Shown in pieces: positions 37,732-53,140 of a stretch of DNA of 64,000 bases (position 1 is its first letter; each line of letters starts with the position of its first letter). A program made the position numbers and the translations under genes. Below the pieces are notes generated by a model. It saw only the letters and a program-made list of their open reading frames with translations. It ran no database searches and was not told the DNA's origin. The DNA is from Paraspadella gotoi (Eukaryota; Animalia; Chaetognatha): NCBI GenBank assembly GCA_051294375.1, contig CM119268.1, positions 1,346,213 to 1,410,212 of the forward strand, read 5' to 3'.

Positions 37732-38878
37732 TCTCCCTCATTCTCCTCTCCATCTTTAAATACCATCCATGCACAGTTATTGAAAATGCGATTGAGCTTT
37801 CTCTGTTTCTCACTCCTTTCATTCCTGTTCTCCTATTCTCCTGTTCTCCTGTTCTCCTAAACTACTAGTTTTTTTAACCTCTTTCGCACTCCACCAAACG
37901 TTATTATCTTTTGCTCCCTCTCTCTCTCTCTACTCTCTCTCCTCTCTCTCTAGTCCCTCGTCCTCTGCCTCTCTCTTCTCTCTCTCTCATCTTTTCTCTA
38001 CTCAGTGTCATCCTCTCCTCATTTTACTCAAGCTCGTTGTCTCATTCTTGTCAGTCATTCATTGCAGTTGTTCCTGTTCTGCCTTCACCATCATCCTATC
38101 TTGTGCCTTTCTAACCCTCAGTTTCTCCGAATCTGCGACTCGATAATTCAAGTCTAGTCTCCTTAATCCCGTCTTCTCCGATGTTATTTTGGTTGTGGCC
38201 ACTAAACTCTTTTTGTTAGGACACATCCGATCAAGCTCTCTCTACACTCTTTATATTCTCTCCACATCTCCGACCACTCCTCACATTCTCTATCACACTA
38301 TCTCACACCTCTCACTCTTCTTAAACCCGGTCTACCATTCTACTTTCTCAAACTCTGGCCCACTCTCAATTCTGTATCACACGTATCACACTCTCACACT
38401 CTTTTCGTACTTCGTAAATGCTCTCTCCATCTGCACCACAGTCTTCTATCACACACTCTCAGAGCTGTTTCACACTTTCTCTCTTAATCTCTGTACCCTC
38501 GGACTTCTCCTTCTTTCTCTGCTATTCCTCCTCTGCTCTCTTTGTGATGATTCACAATTTCCCTTTCTATCATTCTTAGGATGATCCTAGTTGATGATCA
38601 CAATCTTTCCTATCTATCATCTTACTGATGACTCTTTATTAATGATCACAATTATCTTCTACTCATCATAGTGATGATCTTCAATGATGATCACAATTCC
38701 CTTCTATCATCTAGTTGATGATCTTAGGGTTACATCACAATTTCCCTTCTATCATCCTGAGTGATTGATTCACAATCCCTACTATCATCTTTCGGTTCAA
38801 TTCAATCCGGAAATTTCCTTTCCTTTATCTCAGCTGGCTCATAGTCACAATCCATTCACTTAGCTTTCACCCTAGCTA

Positions 38879-38909
<31 letters not shown>

Positions 38910-38926
38910 TCTCTCTCTCTCTTTCT

Positions 38927-38958
<32 letters not shown>

Positions 38959-39394
38959 ATCTCTCTCTCCTCTTCTCTCTCTTCTCTCTCTCTCTCACAA
39001 AACATCTCTTTTCTTTACTTACCTCTACTCTTTCTCTTTTTTCTTTAACTCCCACTACCTATTTAAAGACTTCACATCCCCCACCTCCCCGCCATGTTTC
39101 TCTTTCCCCCTCCCACCCCAACCCCCCTTGCTCTTCCCCCCTTCCTCCCCCCACCCCCGCCTTCGTCTGTTCCCCCCTTCCTCCCCCACCCCCGCTTGTC
39201 TCTTTCTCCCTTCCTCCCCCACCCCACCCGTCCTGTCTCTTCCCCCATTCCTCCCCGGATCGGACTGTGGCCCGAATCCGTCGCTGCCCTTGAAAATAAT
39301 CCTCTTTACCTGTTCTCTTCTTCCTTTTCTTTCCACGCGCCCGCCTTTCGCCTCCCATAGGAAGCCCATGCTACTCTCTCTCTCTCTCTCTCTT

Positions 39395-39437
<43 letters not shown>

Positions 39438-40338
39438 TCTCTCTCTCTCTCTCTCTCTCTCTCCTTTCTCTCTCTCTCTCTCTTCTTCCTCTCTGAATCT
39501 TTCTCCAGCAAAAAAAAATACAATTGCAGTGAGTTAGAGAGATAACTAGGCGGAGGAAAATCAGAGGAGAGACGAGAGAGAGAGAGAGAGAGAGAGGACA
39601 ACAGCGAAACCTTAAAGGACAAGAATAACAACTAAAAAAGATGACGACGCGACGACGACGGACGACGACGCATGACGACGACGACGACGGTATGCTGTCG
39701 GATTTACTCTGTCTATACGTCAAAGTGAAAAAAAAGAAGAATTTTCAAATCTCGGCATAAAAAAGTTTTCGACACACAAAAAAAAAAATGAGAAAAAAAA
39801 TCAATTTGAAAATCTTTTTCGTTTTCTAGCGCACACGCGAACTAATTTAATTTCCTTGCGCGTCGAAGACTAAAAAAAATATAATAAAAAAAAATAATAG
39901 GGGCGATGTAATAGTTTTTTTTTTTTTATATGAAATTGTACAACCAATAACAAACATTATCTATTCATTTGATAAATAATGCCTATCTTGCCCCTGACTT
40001 TGGACAGGCTTATGATGGCTTTTAGGCCTACCATCACTCTGACAAGTAATGACATTAGCGGGTCCCTGCAAGCTTTCAATCCAACTCTCTCACCAGTCTT
40101 GTTATTTGCTATTAGTAATAGATTTTATCTATTTTTTGGTTTTAAAAATATGCTTTAAGTGAATTGTCCCCGCCCGCCCGAGAAAAAAATGTGTAGCATG
40201 TACTTTTTAAATTTCTTTCATTTTGCTTTCCTATTTGTCTGTTGGCTTTCTACTTCCTTCTCTTTCTTTCTTATCTTCTGCTTTCTTTACTTCTTTCTTT
40301 TTCTTTCTTTCTTTCTGTTCTTTCTTCTTCTTTCTTTC

Positions 40339-40400
<62 letters not shown>

Positions 40401-43400
40401 TCATCTCCCTCCTCCCTCTCTCTCTTTCTCTCTTTTCTCTCCGAGTACACTAATCATACTCGATCAGTTTATAAAGCCTTCTTTGAGAAAAGCGAGCGTT
40501 TGTCATTTTCGTCGTCGTTATCTCTTTTTTGTAGCCATCTCTTCCCTTCCAACATCGTCAACCCAAATGACGTCGCGGTTTCAATTCATCCATCATATCA
40601 TAACTCCATCATCATCATCATCATCATCCATCATCACATCATCATCAAATCACTCATTCATAATCATCATTGACTTTTCTCTCGCGGAGTATGGCTTGAT
40701 TTTTTTTTGTTTGCGTAAGTAATGAATTTCCTTCCCATTTTCATTCATATTTTCGCTCGTTTATGTTACACGTCGGTTTTTTTCTTTGGTCTATCATTAA
40801 TCGTCCCATGCAATTCATCTTCGTCGTCGTCGTCCCGTTCGTCCGTCGTCGTCGTCTTCTTTTCTTTCGTCATCGTCTATCTCGTGATTCTATAAAAAAT
40901 TTTCGTAACAAAAGTCAGGCGGAAGTCCCGGTTCCACGAATATCAAGGGGCATCTCGTATCGTGGGACGTCCGTCATCATCATCTATCATCATCACACAT
41001 TCTCATCATCATTATCATCATCTATTCATCATCATTTATCGTCATTCAAGTACCAATCTAACTCATTATCATCATCATCGTCGTCAGTGTCATTGTCCAT
41101 CGTTGTCGTCTTCATCGATCAAGTTATTCGCGCGACGTCATCATCATTCATCATCATCAATCACGTCCATCATCATCGTCGTCGTACAGTTTTTGTCGTC
41201 GTCGGTCGTCCGTAAAATCCATCGTAATCAAGTGCTTATCGCTCAGTCCGTCCATCTCCACAGCCTCATGAACATGTCCATTCCGACATTTATCTTCTCG
41301 TCACGCTGAGCGGTCATCTTTATTTCACTATATCAGTCCCATCATCATCATCACTCATCATCCATCATCACTCATCATCCATCATCAAATCATCAATCAA
41401 TCATCATACGTCGTCGTTCTGTCGTCGTGCGTCGATCGTCGTCTTTCGTCTTTTCCCGGCTTCACTCGACCTTTAGATTTTTCAAAGTCGAGATTTTCGA
41501 TCGAAATCGAGAGAGAATTTTCTCAACCCATCGTTCGTTCTTTCGTTCGTTCTTTCGTTCGTTCTTTCGTTAAGTTGGTTCCTTCGCCTTCGTTCGTCTT
41601 CGTTTCGCTCGTTCGCCCGTTCCGTTCGTTCGCTATCTTCGCTCGTGACGTTCGTCGTTCGTTTTGCTCGTTCACTCGCTCGATAATTTTTCATACGCCC
41701 TCGTTAGTCGCTTGTCTGTGTAATCACTTTTCATGTCTATATTTCATTTTTAATTCAGCAAGTACTAGTTTGTTATGTTCCCACACTTTTGTTTATGTAT
41801 TTAGTCATTTCGTAATTTGCGTTAAAACAACACCTCTGGCAAGACTTTAACTTCGCTCAAACAAAATTAATTACCTTACTCGTAACCTCTTCAACGACTT
41901 GAAAAAAAAAAACAACAAAACAGTAAACACGAAAAATCAAAGAAAAAAAAGTTTTCAAGAAACTAAAAATTCTGGATTTAGTTCTTTGTCTTTGTTTTTT
42001 TTTCTCTCTCACTTTATGGCATTGTTTTCTTCCGAGGCAGACGATTCTAATTGGATTCTAAAATTAATTAAAATACTATCTTCCTTAGCTAAAAATTACC
42101 TCTGACATAAAAAAGGTTTTTTATAAAGGTCTCTCAAAAAAACTAATCTTTCCTTCCGAAATGTATACCTACCTTCGGCCTCTCGTTTCCGTCCATCTCT
42201 TCAGCGATTTTCTATGCTGCACCCTAACTCAACCTCTCCTCCAATCTTTCTCTCACTCTATCTTGACCTTTCTTTCCCGCTCTCTTACTCTCTTTTCTTC
42301 TCTACTCTCTCTTTTCGCCGCGCTATACCTCTCGCCATCTCTCAAACTCTCTTCGCCATTCAGTGTCTTCTCCCTCTCACCTCTTACTTTTACACACTGA
42401 CCTCTCTTTCTCCGTTCGCTCCTACCCTCTCTTCATCTCTCTTTTAACCTTTCTCATCTCCCTTAACTCTCTTACCCTCTCCACACTGTCTATCCTGTCC
42501 ATTACTCCCCATATGTCCGTCTCTCTCATATGCCTCTCGTCGCGTTCCCTGTATCCCTTGTTTTTTCTTTGTTTCTCCGTCCACATTTATCCGCTCTGTC
42601 CTCCCCTTCTTTCTTTTTATCCTCCTCTTACTTTGATCCGGCTCCCTTTATGCCCTTATGCACCATCCTTTTTATCCCCTCGTGTCCGTTCCTTTTACTC
42701 CCTCTCTTGTTCTCCCTTTAATCCGACTGTCGTCCATTTCATGCCCCCTGTCCGTCCCTTTATCTCTATGTCCATCCGCGTTCACTATCCTTCTGTTCGC
42801 GGTTCCCTTTACTCCCCCCGTCTTATCCTTTTCCCACTGTCCGTCCCTTTATCCCCTGTCCTTCCCTCTTCCCAGATGTCCGTCCCTATATCCCCCTGTC
42901 CGATCCCTTTTTCCCTCTGTCCGTCCTCTACTCCCCATGGCAGTGATTTTGATTTGGGTTATTTTTCAACAATGAAACATTGAAACTCTAAATAACTATT
43001 ATTATCCTTTTTTTTTCCCACTGTATTAAATATGCAAACACTCTTTATTTAAAAAAAAACGGTTGGCTATAGTTATCTTCTCCTTATGACATAGAACTCA
43101 CTGGGTCAATTCTATGCTTTTCAAAAACGGTAAGACATAGATTTCTTTAACGACAATCATTCTAATTACGGTATCTGCTCATAATTAATATGAAACTAAA
43201 ACGATTTTTCATGGTTAATGGGAACTTTTTAAGATCTAAATTTCTTCGTCAGATCTATCGCGTTTTTTAGATATACTATGCTTAGGCAAAACCCAACGGC
43301 ACGTTATTTAAAACTTTTTTCTTTTTTATCCACCTATTTTTTTCTCTCTGTGAAAATCTTCTCTCTGTCTCTTTCTTTTTCTCTCTGTATTCTCTTCTCC

Positions 43401-45489
43401 TTTCTGCTAGCCTTTTCTGTCCTCATATTTCTCTGGTCATCCCTTCTTTTCTTCCTTAACTTTATTCCCTCTCCACTCAATCTTCTGTTTTTCTATCCCT
43501 CTCTGTATACTCTTTCCTCCCTGCTTTCTTTATCTCTCTTTCTCTCAATTGTTCTCGTTGTCCCCCTCTCTCCCCAGTATATTAAATTTCCTTTCCACTT
43601 CTTCTTTCCTCTCCCTTCAATTTTTTCACCGCATTCCTCTCTTCTCTCATCTTTTCTCATTTCTCACTCCAATTTTTGCATTAATTTTCATATGGATGCT
43701 ATAAAAATCTTAAAATGTAATGTAAGAAAAAAAATCTAGCGTAGTGATGATTTTAGCGGAAGTTTGTTGCCAAGCAGATTTAAAAAATCGACAGATTTTT
43801 GCGGAAATTTTTTCCGCAAAAAACCTGCTCGATGAGAGAAATTAATCTGCTGACGCTTCCCCTTTCAATAAAAGAAGGCGTTTTTTTTAATTTGTCAATT
43901 TAGTTATGTTTCTCAGCTATTAAAACTATAAATAAGTCACAAATAGAAACGAGTTTAATTCAAATAAAATGCACCTCACAAATCCTTCACAAATTTAAAA
44001 GTAGCCTTTAAAAAATTTTTTTCCAGCTAAGTATTAAATTTGCCCTTAATTTTTAGCACCGACCACGCCGAATACACGGTACGCAGCAAGCCATCATCAC
44101 AACAATAATATTAAGCTGGAATATTTGATTAGAATGTGGACATTTGACCAGTCATTTATTAGTCTTAACAATCATTGTAATAAACAGTAAAATGTAAGTT
44201 TTTGACTAGTCAATTTAAAATTAAAACATTCATATGCGCAACCAATAAGCTGGAATTAAGCAATCGAACGATGAAACCAAATCCACGAGTGCCAATCAAT
44301 GAACGAACAACGATGACAGAAGGACACCCGAAAGCCCAGCAGATAAATACACATATAAGATATTCTTATCTTCAAAATTGACACACGCATCTACGCAGTG
44401 TATCTCAAATCTCCGGAAGTCACAACAAAGTCAACATGACACACAATGGACATAATTATCCTCTTTCTTATCTACACAAAGAGTAGTCCAAAACTACATC
44501 TCTGTACTTCTTCAACTCAAAACACCCAGCATCGCACGCACCGAGCTATTCAATTAATCCGCTAGACCTATGCCAACTGTTGTCCATTACGCACAGTGGT
44601 CACAAATTTAGTCCACCTCTTGTATATCGCGCTAATATTACATACACATCATGTGATGAAAAAACCCAGTCGCGGCTATTTTGCTTAAACTCACCTACAG
44701 AACTCAAAAGATCTGCGCACGTGCAGCACCCCCCCAAACCACTATGACCGGTCGACAGCGAGAAACTCCCCTTACGCTAGCAACAGGAACACGACCGCTC
44801 CGACCGCACCCACCCACCGAATCATCATTCACACTCGCTCACAGCCGCGATGCGCCCTCCTAACCAGATTCCATTGGCGCAAACCATAGTCGTGAGCCCG
44901 CTCTGTCATTTCCATGTACTCGTCGTCTGACCAATTCCCAGGTGCCACTGCATGCCGACGGCAGTTTTCAATTCAAAGGCAATGCGTTTCGATCTTGATA
45001 GTCTCCAACAAACATGGAACCAACGCTGCGGTCGAGTAGTCGATCTCTCATCAAACATTCATCACCCATAATTTAAAAACGAAAGAAACCAATAGAATAT
45101 TGAGCTACACAGACACAAAATCTATTCCATTTGAATACGCAAAGACAAAAAATCGGACCCGAGAGAGGAAGAGACGCATAGAAAAAGGAGGGAAAGAGAC
45201 GAAAAAAGAGAGACGAAGACTGAGGGAAGAGGGAGGAGAAGAGCAGTTGATGAGAGAGAGAGAGAGACGAGATAGACGAGAGAGAGCAGAGAGAGAGACG
45301 AGAAGAGGAGAGTCCTCTCCCATTTTTAATCAAATAATTTTTTTTTACCATTTATTTACATTTTTTAAAATTAATGATAATTATAATTCTCGACCACGCG
45401 CGTTGGTTCCAGACTCAACATCAACATTGGCCTTGAATGAAAATCCTCGCATCAGGATGGAATCAACGAAACGAGGCAGAATGACGACG

Positions 45490-45800
45490 AGGGACGGACA
45501 GGGGGATAAAGGGACGGACGAAAGAATAAAGGGACGGACAGTGGGATAAAGGGACGGACAGTGGGATAAAGGTACGGACAGAGGGATAAAGGGACGGACA
45601 GGGGATATAGGGACGGACAGTGGATTAAAGGGAAGAACAGAGAGATAAAGGGACGGACAGGGGGATAAAAGGATGGACATAGGAATAAAGGGACGGACAG
45701 TAAGATAAAGTGACTGACAGAGGGATAAAGGGACGGAAAGGGGATAAAAGGACGGACAGAGGGATAAAGAAACGGACAGGGGGATAAAGGGACGGACAGT
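45490..45800. repeat. 20-bp minisatellite GGGACGGACAGGGGGATAAA (mirror ~42500-42930)
   Basis: About 15 tandem units. Confidence 0.92.
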
Positions 45801-46858
45801 GGGAGAGGGCAAGAGAGAGTAAGGGAGATTGAGAAAGGTTGAGAAAGAGAGATGAAGAGAGAGGTAGAGAACGGAAAAGAGAGGTCATGTTAGTGTGAGA
45901 AAGATTGAGAGAGGTAGAGAGCGGGCGAGAGAGGATAAGAGAGTTTGAAAGATGGCGAGAGAGGTATAGCGCGGAAAAGAGAGGTAGAGAACGGAAAAGA
46001 GAGGTAGAGAGCGGGAAAGAAAGGTCAAGATAGTGTGAGAAAGATTGAGAGAGGTTGAGTTAGGGTCACTAGAAAATCGCTGAAGAGTGACGGAAAACAG
46101 AGAGCCGAAGGAGGATAACATTTCGGAAGGAAAGATTAGTTTTTTTGAGAGACTTTTATAAAAAACCTTTTTATGTCAAGGTTTTTTAGCTAAGAAGATA
46201 TTTTATTAATTTTAGAATCCAATTGAATCGTCTGCCTCGGAAGAAAAGAATCCATAAAAATGAGAGAGAAAAAAAAAACAAAGACAAAAAAACTAAAATC
46301 CAGAATTTTTGTTTCTTGAAAACTTTTTTTTTCTTTGATTTTTCGTTTTTACTGTTTTTTGTTGTTTTTTTTTTTTTTTCAAGTCGTTGAAAGTTCACGA
46401 AGTAATAATTTTGTTTGAGCGAAGTTTAAATCTTGCCAAGTCGGTTTTTTAACAAATTACGAAATGACTAATACATAAAACAAAATGTGGAACATTAACA
46501 AACTAGTACTTTAATTAAAAATGAAATATTAGACATGAAAAGTGATTACACAGACAAGCGACATAACGAGGCGGCGTATGAACAAATTATCGAGCGAGTG
46601 AACGAGCAAACGAACGAACGAACGTACGAACGAGCGAACGAGCGAACGAGCGAACGAGCGAACGAGCGAACGAACGAACGAACGAACGAGCGAAGGAACC
46701 AACTAACGAAAGAACGAACGAAAGAACGAACGAAAGAACGAACGATGGGTTAGAAAAATTCTCTCTCGATTTCGATCGAAAATTTCGACTTTGAAAAATC
46801 AGTAAAGGTCACGAGTGAAGCCGGGAAAATGACGACGACGACGACGACGACGACGATA

Positions 46859-46917
<59 letters not shown>

Positions 46918-47068
46918 ATAAAAATGAAGATGACCCTCAGCTGACGAAGAAGATAAAGTCGAGGACAGTTATGAGGTTGGGCGAGACGACGACGATAACT
47001 TTGACGATGATGACGACGACGACGACGACGACGACGACTACGACAAAAACTTACACGACGATGATGAC

Positions 47069-47099
<31 letters not shown>

Positions 47100-47566
47100 T
47101 CGCCGAAAACTTTGACGATGATGACGACAACGATGACAATGACACTGACGACGATGATAATGATGATGATGATGATGATGATGATGNNNNNNNNNNNNNN
47201 NNNNNNNNNNNNNNNNNNNNNNNNNNNNNNNNNNNNNNNNNNNNNNNNNNNNNNNNNNNNNNNNNNNNNNNNNNNNNNNNNNNNNNNNNNNNNNNNNNNN
47301 NNNNNNNNNNNNNNNNNNNNNNNNNNNNNNNNNNNNNNNNNNNNNNNNNNNNNNNNNNNNNNNNNNNNNNNNNNNNNNNNNNNNNNNNNNNNNNNNNNNN
47401 NNNNNNNNNNNNNGACGACGACGACGACGACGACGACGACGATAATGATAACCAAAAAAAACCCGACGTGAACATAACGACGAAGATAATGAAGAAAAAA
47501 TGGCGAAAAAAATTCATTACTTAGCGCAAACAAAAAAAAATCAAGCCATCTCCCGAGAGAAAAGTC

Positions 47567-47622
<56 letters not shown>

Positions 47623-47745
47623 AATGATGATGATGATGTTGTTGGGAGGGAAAATGGCTACAAAAAGGATAACGACGACGAAGAATACCAAACGCTCGCT
47701 TCTTTTTGCTTTATAAACTGNNNNNNNNNNNNNNNNNNNNNNNNN

Positions 47746-47760
47746 AAAAAGAAAAAAAAA

Positions 47761-47812
<52 letters not shown>

Positions 47813-47906
47813 TAAAAAGAAAAAGAAAAAAAAAAAGGAAAAAGGGGGAAAGAGGAAAAAAAAAAAAAAAAAGAAAAATAAAAAGAAAAAAAGCGGAAAG
47901 GAAAAA

Positions 47907-47938
<32 letters not shown>

Positions 47939-48211
47939 AAAAAAAAAGGAAGGAAAAAAAAAAAAACATAAAAGAAAGAAAAAAAAAAAAAAAAGAAAAA
48001 AAAAAAAAGAGAAAGAGAGAAAAAGAAAAAGAGGAAAAATAAAAAATAAAAAGGAGAGAAAAAAAAAAAAAAAAAGAGGAAAAGGAAAAAAAAAAGAGAA
48101 AAAAAAATAAAAAAAAAAAGAAGGAAAAGAAAAAAAAAGAGGGGGAAAAAAAAAAAAAAAAAAAAAAAATAAAATAAAAAAAAAAAAAGAAAAAGAAAAA
48201 AAAAAAAGAAA

Positions 48212-48242
<31 letters not shown>

Positions 48243-48449
48243 AAAAAAAAAAAAAAGGGAAAAAAAAAAAAAAAAAAAGAGAAAAAAGGAATAAGGGAAA
48301 AAAAAAAAAAGAAAAAAAAAGGAAAAGAAAAAAAGGGGAGAAGGATAAAAAAAGGGGGAACAAAAAAAAAAAAAAAAAATAAAAAAAAAAAAAGGGAAAA
48401 GGAAAAAAAAAAAAAAGAGGAAGAAAAAAAATAAAAAAAAAAAAAGGGG

Positions 48450-48481
<32 letters not shown>

Positions 48482-48758
48482 AAAAAAAAAAAAAAAAAAA
48501 AAAAAGAAAGAACAAAAAAAAAAAGAGGAAAAAAAAAAAAAAAAAAAGGAAGGGAGAAAAAGAAAAAGGAAACAACAAGAAAAAAAAAAAAAAGATAAGA
48601 AAAAAGAAAAAAAAAAAGGAAAAAAAGAAACAAAATGGGAAAAAAAAAAAAAAAAAAATAAAAAAAAAAAGAAAAAAAAAACAAAAAAGAAAAAAGAAAA
48701 AAAAATAAAAATAAGTGAAGGGAAATAAAAAAAAAAAAAGAAAAAAAAAAAGGGAAAG

Positions 48759-48790
<32 letters not shown>

Positions 48791-48902
48791 ATAAAAAAAA
48801 AAAAAAAAAAAAAAAGGAAAAAAAAAAAAAAAAAAAAAGGAAAAAAGGGAAAAAAAGAAAAAAAAAGAAAAAAAAAGAGAAAGAAACAAAAAAAAAAAAA
48901 GG

Positions 48903-48935
<33 letters not shown>

Positions 48936-48951
48936 ACAAAGGGGAGTATAG

Positions 48952-48982
<31 letters not shown>

Positions 48983-49064
48983 TAACAAAGGAAAGATAAA
49001 CAATAAAAAAAGAAAAATAAAAAAAGGGAAGAGAAAAAAAAAAAATAAAAAAAAAGAGAAAGGG

Positions 49065-49097
<33 letters not shown>

Positions 49098-49390
49098 AAA
49101 AAAACAAAAAAAAAAAAAAAAAGAAAATAAAAAGACATAAAAAAAAAAAAAAATAAAAAAGAAATTAAAGAAATAAAAAAAAAAAAGGAGGAATAAAAAG
49201 AAAAAAAAAAAAGAAAAAAAATAAAGAACGTAAAAAAATAAAAAGAAAAAAAAAAAAAAAAAAAAGAAAAAAAAATAAATAAAAAAAAAAAAAAAAAAAG
49301 AGGGGAAAAAAAAGAAGAAAGGGAAAAAAAAAAAAAATATAGTGAAAAAAAAGAGGAAAAAAAAATTAAATAAAAAAAAGAAAGACAAAA
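47746..49390. other. Extremely A-rich low-complexity tract, probable sequencing/consensus artefact
   Basis: Starts at a 25-N gap; the mirror position (~40330-40465) has only a short CT tract. Confidence 0.8.
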
Positions 49391-50067
49391 AAAGAAAGAA
49401 GAAAAAAATAAAAAGACAAGAAGAGAAGAATAAGAAAAGAAAAGAAAGATAGAAAGAACGATAAGAGAAAAAATTAGAGAAAATAAGAAAGAAAGAAAGA
49501 AAGACAGACAGACAGACAAAAAAAGGGAAACCAAAATGAAAAAAAATTTAAAAAGCAGATGCTCACATTTTTTTCTCGGGGGGGGCGGGACAAATTCAAC
49601 TTAAACCAAAATTGAGGTTCACGAGTTAAAGAAAAACATTTTTTTCCTTCGCCGCTTTTTCCTTATTATTAAAAAGAGATAAAATATATTATATAGTAAA
49701 TAAACAAGACTGTGAGAGAGTCTAGATTGAAAGCTCGAAGGCCTTAAACCACCAATGCCTGTCCAAAGTCAGGGGCAAGACAGCTTATTTATCAAATGAA
49801 TAGATAATTTTGTTATTGGTTGTACCAATTTCATATAAAAAAAAACAAAACTATTACATCGCCCCTATTTATTTTTTTTAATTTATATTTTTTTAGTCTT
49901 CGACGCGCAGGAAAATTAAAATTATTCCGTGTCGCTAGAAAAAAAAAAGATTTCATTGATTTTTTTTCTCATTTTTTTTTTTTTTTGTGTGTGAAAATAT
50001 TTTTATGACGAGATTGAAAATCTTTTTTTTTTTCAACTTTGACGATCGACAGAGTAAATCCGACAGC

Positions 50068-50101
<34 letters not shown>

Positions 50102-51039
50102 TCTTTTTTTAGTTTTTATTCTTGTTCTCTTTAAGGTTTCGCTGTTCGTGTCTCNNNNNNNNNNNNNNNNNNNNNNNNNNNNNNNNNNNNNNNNNNNNNN
50201 NNNNNNNNNNNNNNNNNNNNNNNNNNNNNNNNNNNNNNNNNNNNNNNNNNNNNNNNNNNNNNNNNNNNNNNNNNNNNNNNNNNNNNNNNNNNNNNNNNNN
50301 NNNNNNNNNNNNNNNNNNNNNNNNNNNNNNNNNNNNNNNNNNNNNNNNNNNNNNNNNNNNNNNNNNNNNNNNNNNNNNNNNNNNNNNNNNNNNNNNNNNN
50401 NNNNNNNNNNNNNNNNNNNNNNNNNNNNNNNNNNNNNNNNNNNNNNNNNNNNNNNNNNNNNNNNNNNNNNNNNNNNNNNNNNNNNNNNNNNNNNNNNNNN
50501 NNNNNNNNNNNNNNNNNNNNNNNNNNNNNNNNNNNNNNNNNNNNNNNNNNNNNNNNNNNNNNNNNNNNNNNNNNNNNNNNNNNNNNNNNNNNNNNNNNNN
50601 NNNNNNNNNNNNNNNNNNNNNNNNNNNNNNNNNNNNNNNNNNNNNNNNNNNNNNNNNNNNNNNNNNNNNNNNNNNNNNNNNNNNNNNNNNNNNNNNNNNN
50701 NNNNNNNNNNNNNNNNNNNNNNNNNNNNNNNNNNNNNNNNNNNNNNNNNNNNNNNNNNNNNNNNNNNNNNNNNNNNNNNNNNNNNNNNNNNNNNNNNNNN
50801 NNNNNNNNNNNNNNNNNNNNNNNNNNNNNNNNNNNNNNNNNNNNNNNNNNNNNNNNNNNNNNNNNNNNNNNNNNNNNNNNNNNNNNNNNNNNNNNNNNNN
50901 NNNNNNNNNNNNNNNNNNNNNNNNNNNNNNNNNNNNNNNNNNNNNNNNNNNNNNNNNNNNNNNNNNNNNNNNNNNNNNNNNNNNNNNNNNNNNCTGAGAT
51001 AAAGGAAAGTAAATTTCCGGAATTGAATTGAACCGAAAG

Positions 51040-51275
51040 ATGATAGTAGGGAAATTGTGATCATCACTCAGATGATAGAAGGGAAATTGTGATTAACCCT
51101 AAGATAATCACTAAGATGATAGAAGGGAACTTGTGATCATCATTAAGATCATCACTATGATGATAGAAGGGTAATTGTGATCATTAATAAGATCATCAGT
51201 AAGATGATAGAAGGAAAATTGTGATCATCACTAGGATCATCACTAAGATGATAGAAGGGAAATTGTGATCATCAC
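51040..51275. repeat. ~45-bp minisatellite GATGATAGAAGGGAAATTGTGATCATCACTAAGATCATCACTAA (mirror ~38545-38790)
   Basis: About 5 degenerate units. Confidence 0.85.
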
Positions 51276-52299
51276 AAAGAGAGCAGAGAGAGAAAGAGAG
51301 AAGGAGGAGAAGCCGAGGGTCAGAGATTAAGAGAGAAAGTGTGAAACAGTCTGAGAGTGTGTGATAGAGACTGTGGGACAATGTGAGAGAGCATTTACGA
51401 GTACGAAAGAGTGTGAGAGTGTGATACAGTGTGATACAGAATGTGAGAGTGGGCCAGAGTTTGAGAAAGAGAATGGTAGACCGGGTTAGAGAGTGAGAGT
51501 GTGAGATAGTGTGATAGAGAATGTGAGAGAGTGTGCGAGAGTGTGAGAGAATGATAAAGAGTAAGAGAGAGCTTGATCGGATGTTCCTAAGCAAAAAGAG
51601 TTTAGTGGCCACAACCCAAAATATCGGAGAAGACGGGATTAAGGAGACTCGACTTGATTATCGGAGTCGCAGATTCGGAAACTGAGGTTAGAGGCACAAA
51701 TAGGATGATGGGTGAAGGCTGACAGGACAACTGCAATGAAAAATGACTGACAAGAGAACAACAGCTGAAAATGACGGATCTGAGGCATGACAATTGAATT
51801 CTAGAGAAAGATCGAGACGAGCAGATGCCATGCGAGAGAGAAGACGAGAGAGGGGGACGAGAGAGATGAGAGATTCCTCGGGAGAGGAGAGCGATCCGAG
51901 AGAGAGCTGAGAGAGAGGAGCGCAACATTCTATTAACGTCTTGCTGGCATGCGAAGAGCGTTAAACGTTATACTTAGCGTACTAGTTTACGGACGAACCA
52001 GCGCAGAATAGCGGACGAACAGGAGAAGAGAGAAACAGAGGAAAGCGTCATCGCTTTTTCCAATTAATGTTGCGTGATGTTTAAAAGAGGATGAGAGCGA
52101 GAATGACGGAGAAAAGAGAGAGAGAGAGAGAGAGATCGACGAGGAGACGAGCAGGAGAGATGAGACTTCGACGAGAGAATCGAGACGAGAACGAGAGACG
52201 AGACGACGAGACGAGAGAGAAGAGTGCGCTGATTATAGCAAAGGCCGAAAAAAAGGATAGAAAAACTAATAGAAGCAAAAGAGGCAAGCGACGAGTATC

Positions 52300-52745
52300 A
52301 GAGCACGTTGGGATCAAAGCAAGCAATTTTGAGACCGCAGTGCAGGATAGGAGAGGGCGAAAGCACATGCATTTGAGCCGAAGTGAGAGATAGAGAGCGG
52401 GAAAGCAAGCCATTGATCGAATGAGAGATAGAGATGGGGAAACGCAAGAATTGAGCCGCAGACGAGGCGATAGCACGAGGGCGAAAGGCAAGCATTGAGC
52501 TCGATGTGGCAAGAGATAGAGAGGGGAAAGCACAGCATTGGAGCCGAGTGAGAGATAGAGAGGGGAAAGCAAGCTTGGAACTCCGGAGGGAATGAGGGCA
52601 AGAAGGACATGGCGAAGAGATGAGGAGGAAAAGGGAAAAAGGATTTACAGACGGGGATTTACAGACGGGGATTTATAGACGGGGATTTATAGAAGGGGAT
52701 TTATAGACGGGGATTTATAGAAGGGGATTTACAGCCGGGATTTGC
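52300..52745. repeat. Adjacent ~38-bp (GAGCCGAAGTGAGAGATAGAGAGGGGAAAGCAAGCATT) and 15-bp (GGGGATTTATAGAC) minisatellites
   Basis: Tandem units visible here and in mirror 37210-37525. Confidence 0.8.
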
Positions 52746-53047
52746 GGAGGACTCTATCTTGTGAATCGTGAGAATAAATCACGGACGCGACGAAGACAAT
52801 AGTCACCGTGAACACAGAGAAGGGAGACGTGAATGGGTGAGGCGTGAGGAATTGGAGTGAAGAGTGAAGTGAGTTAAGAGTGAGTAGTGATCAGTGAAGA
52901 ATGAAGAGTGAGAAGTGAGATTTGAAGTGATTAGTTAAGGAGAACGGAAGTGAGTGAGGAGCGAATAGAAATATAAAGTGAGTGAAAAAGGTAAAAAGTT
53001 CACTTCGGTGACATAAAGGGGAAACTTTATCAAAAGTGATAAACAAG

Positions 53048-53140
<93 letters not shown>

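Noticed and set aside
36761-37759. 332-aa Ser/Leu-rich ORF
   Set aside because: Runs through CT microsatellites and minisatellites in the noisy arm; frame not preserved in the mirror arm.
44050-45100. Possible foreign or coding insert in the inversion spacer
   Set aside because: No sustained ORF or motif; composition resembles low-quality long-read sequence.
47500-49534. Long poly-Phe/poly-Lys ORFs (up to 607 aa)
   Set aside because: Translation of an A-rich artefact-like tract absent from the mirror arm.
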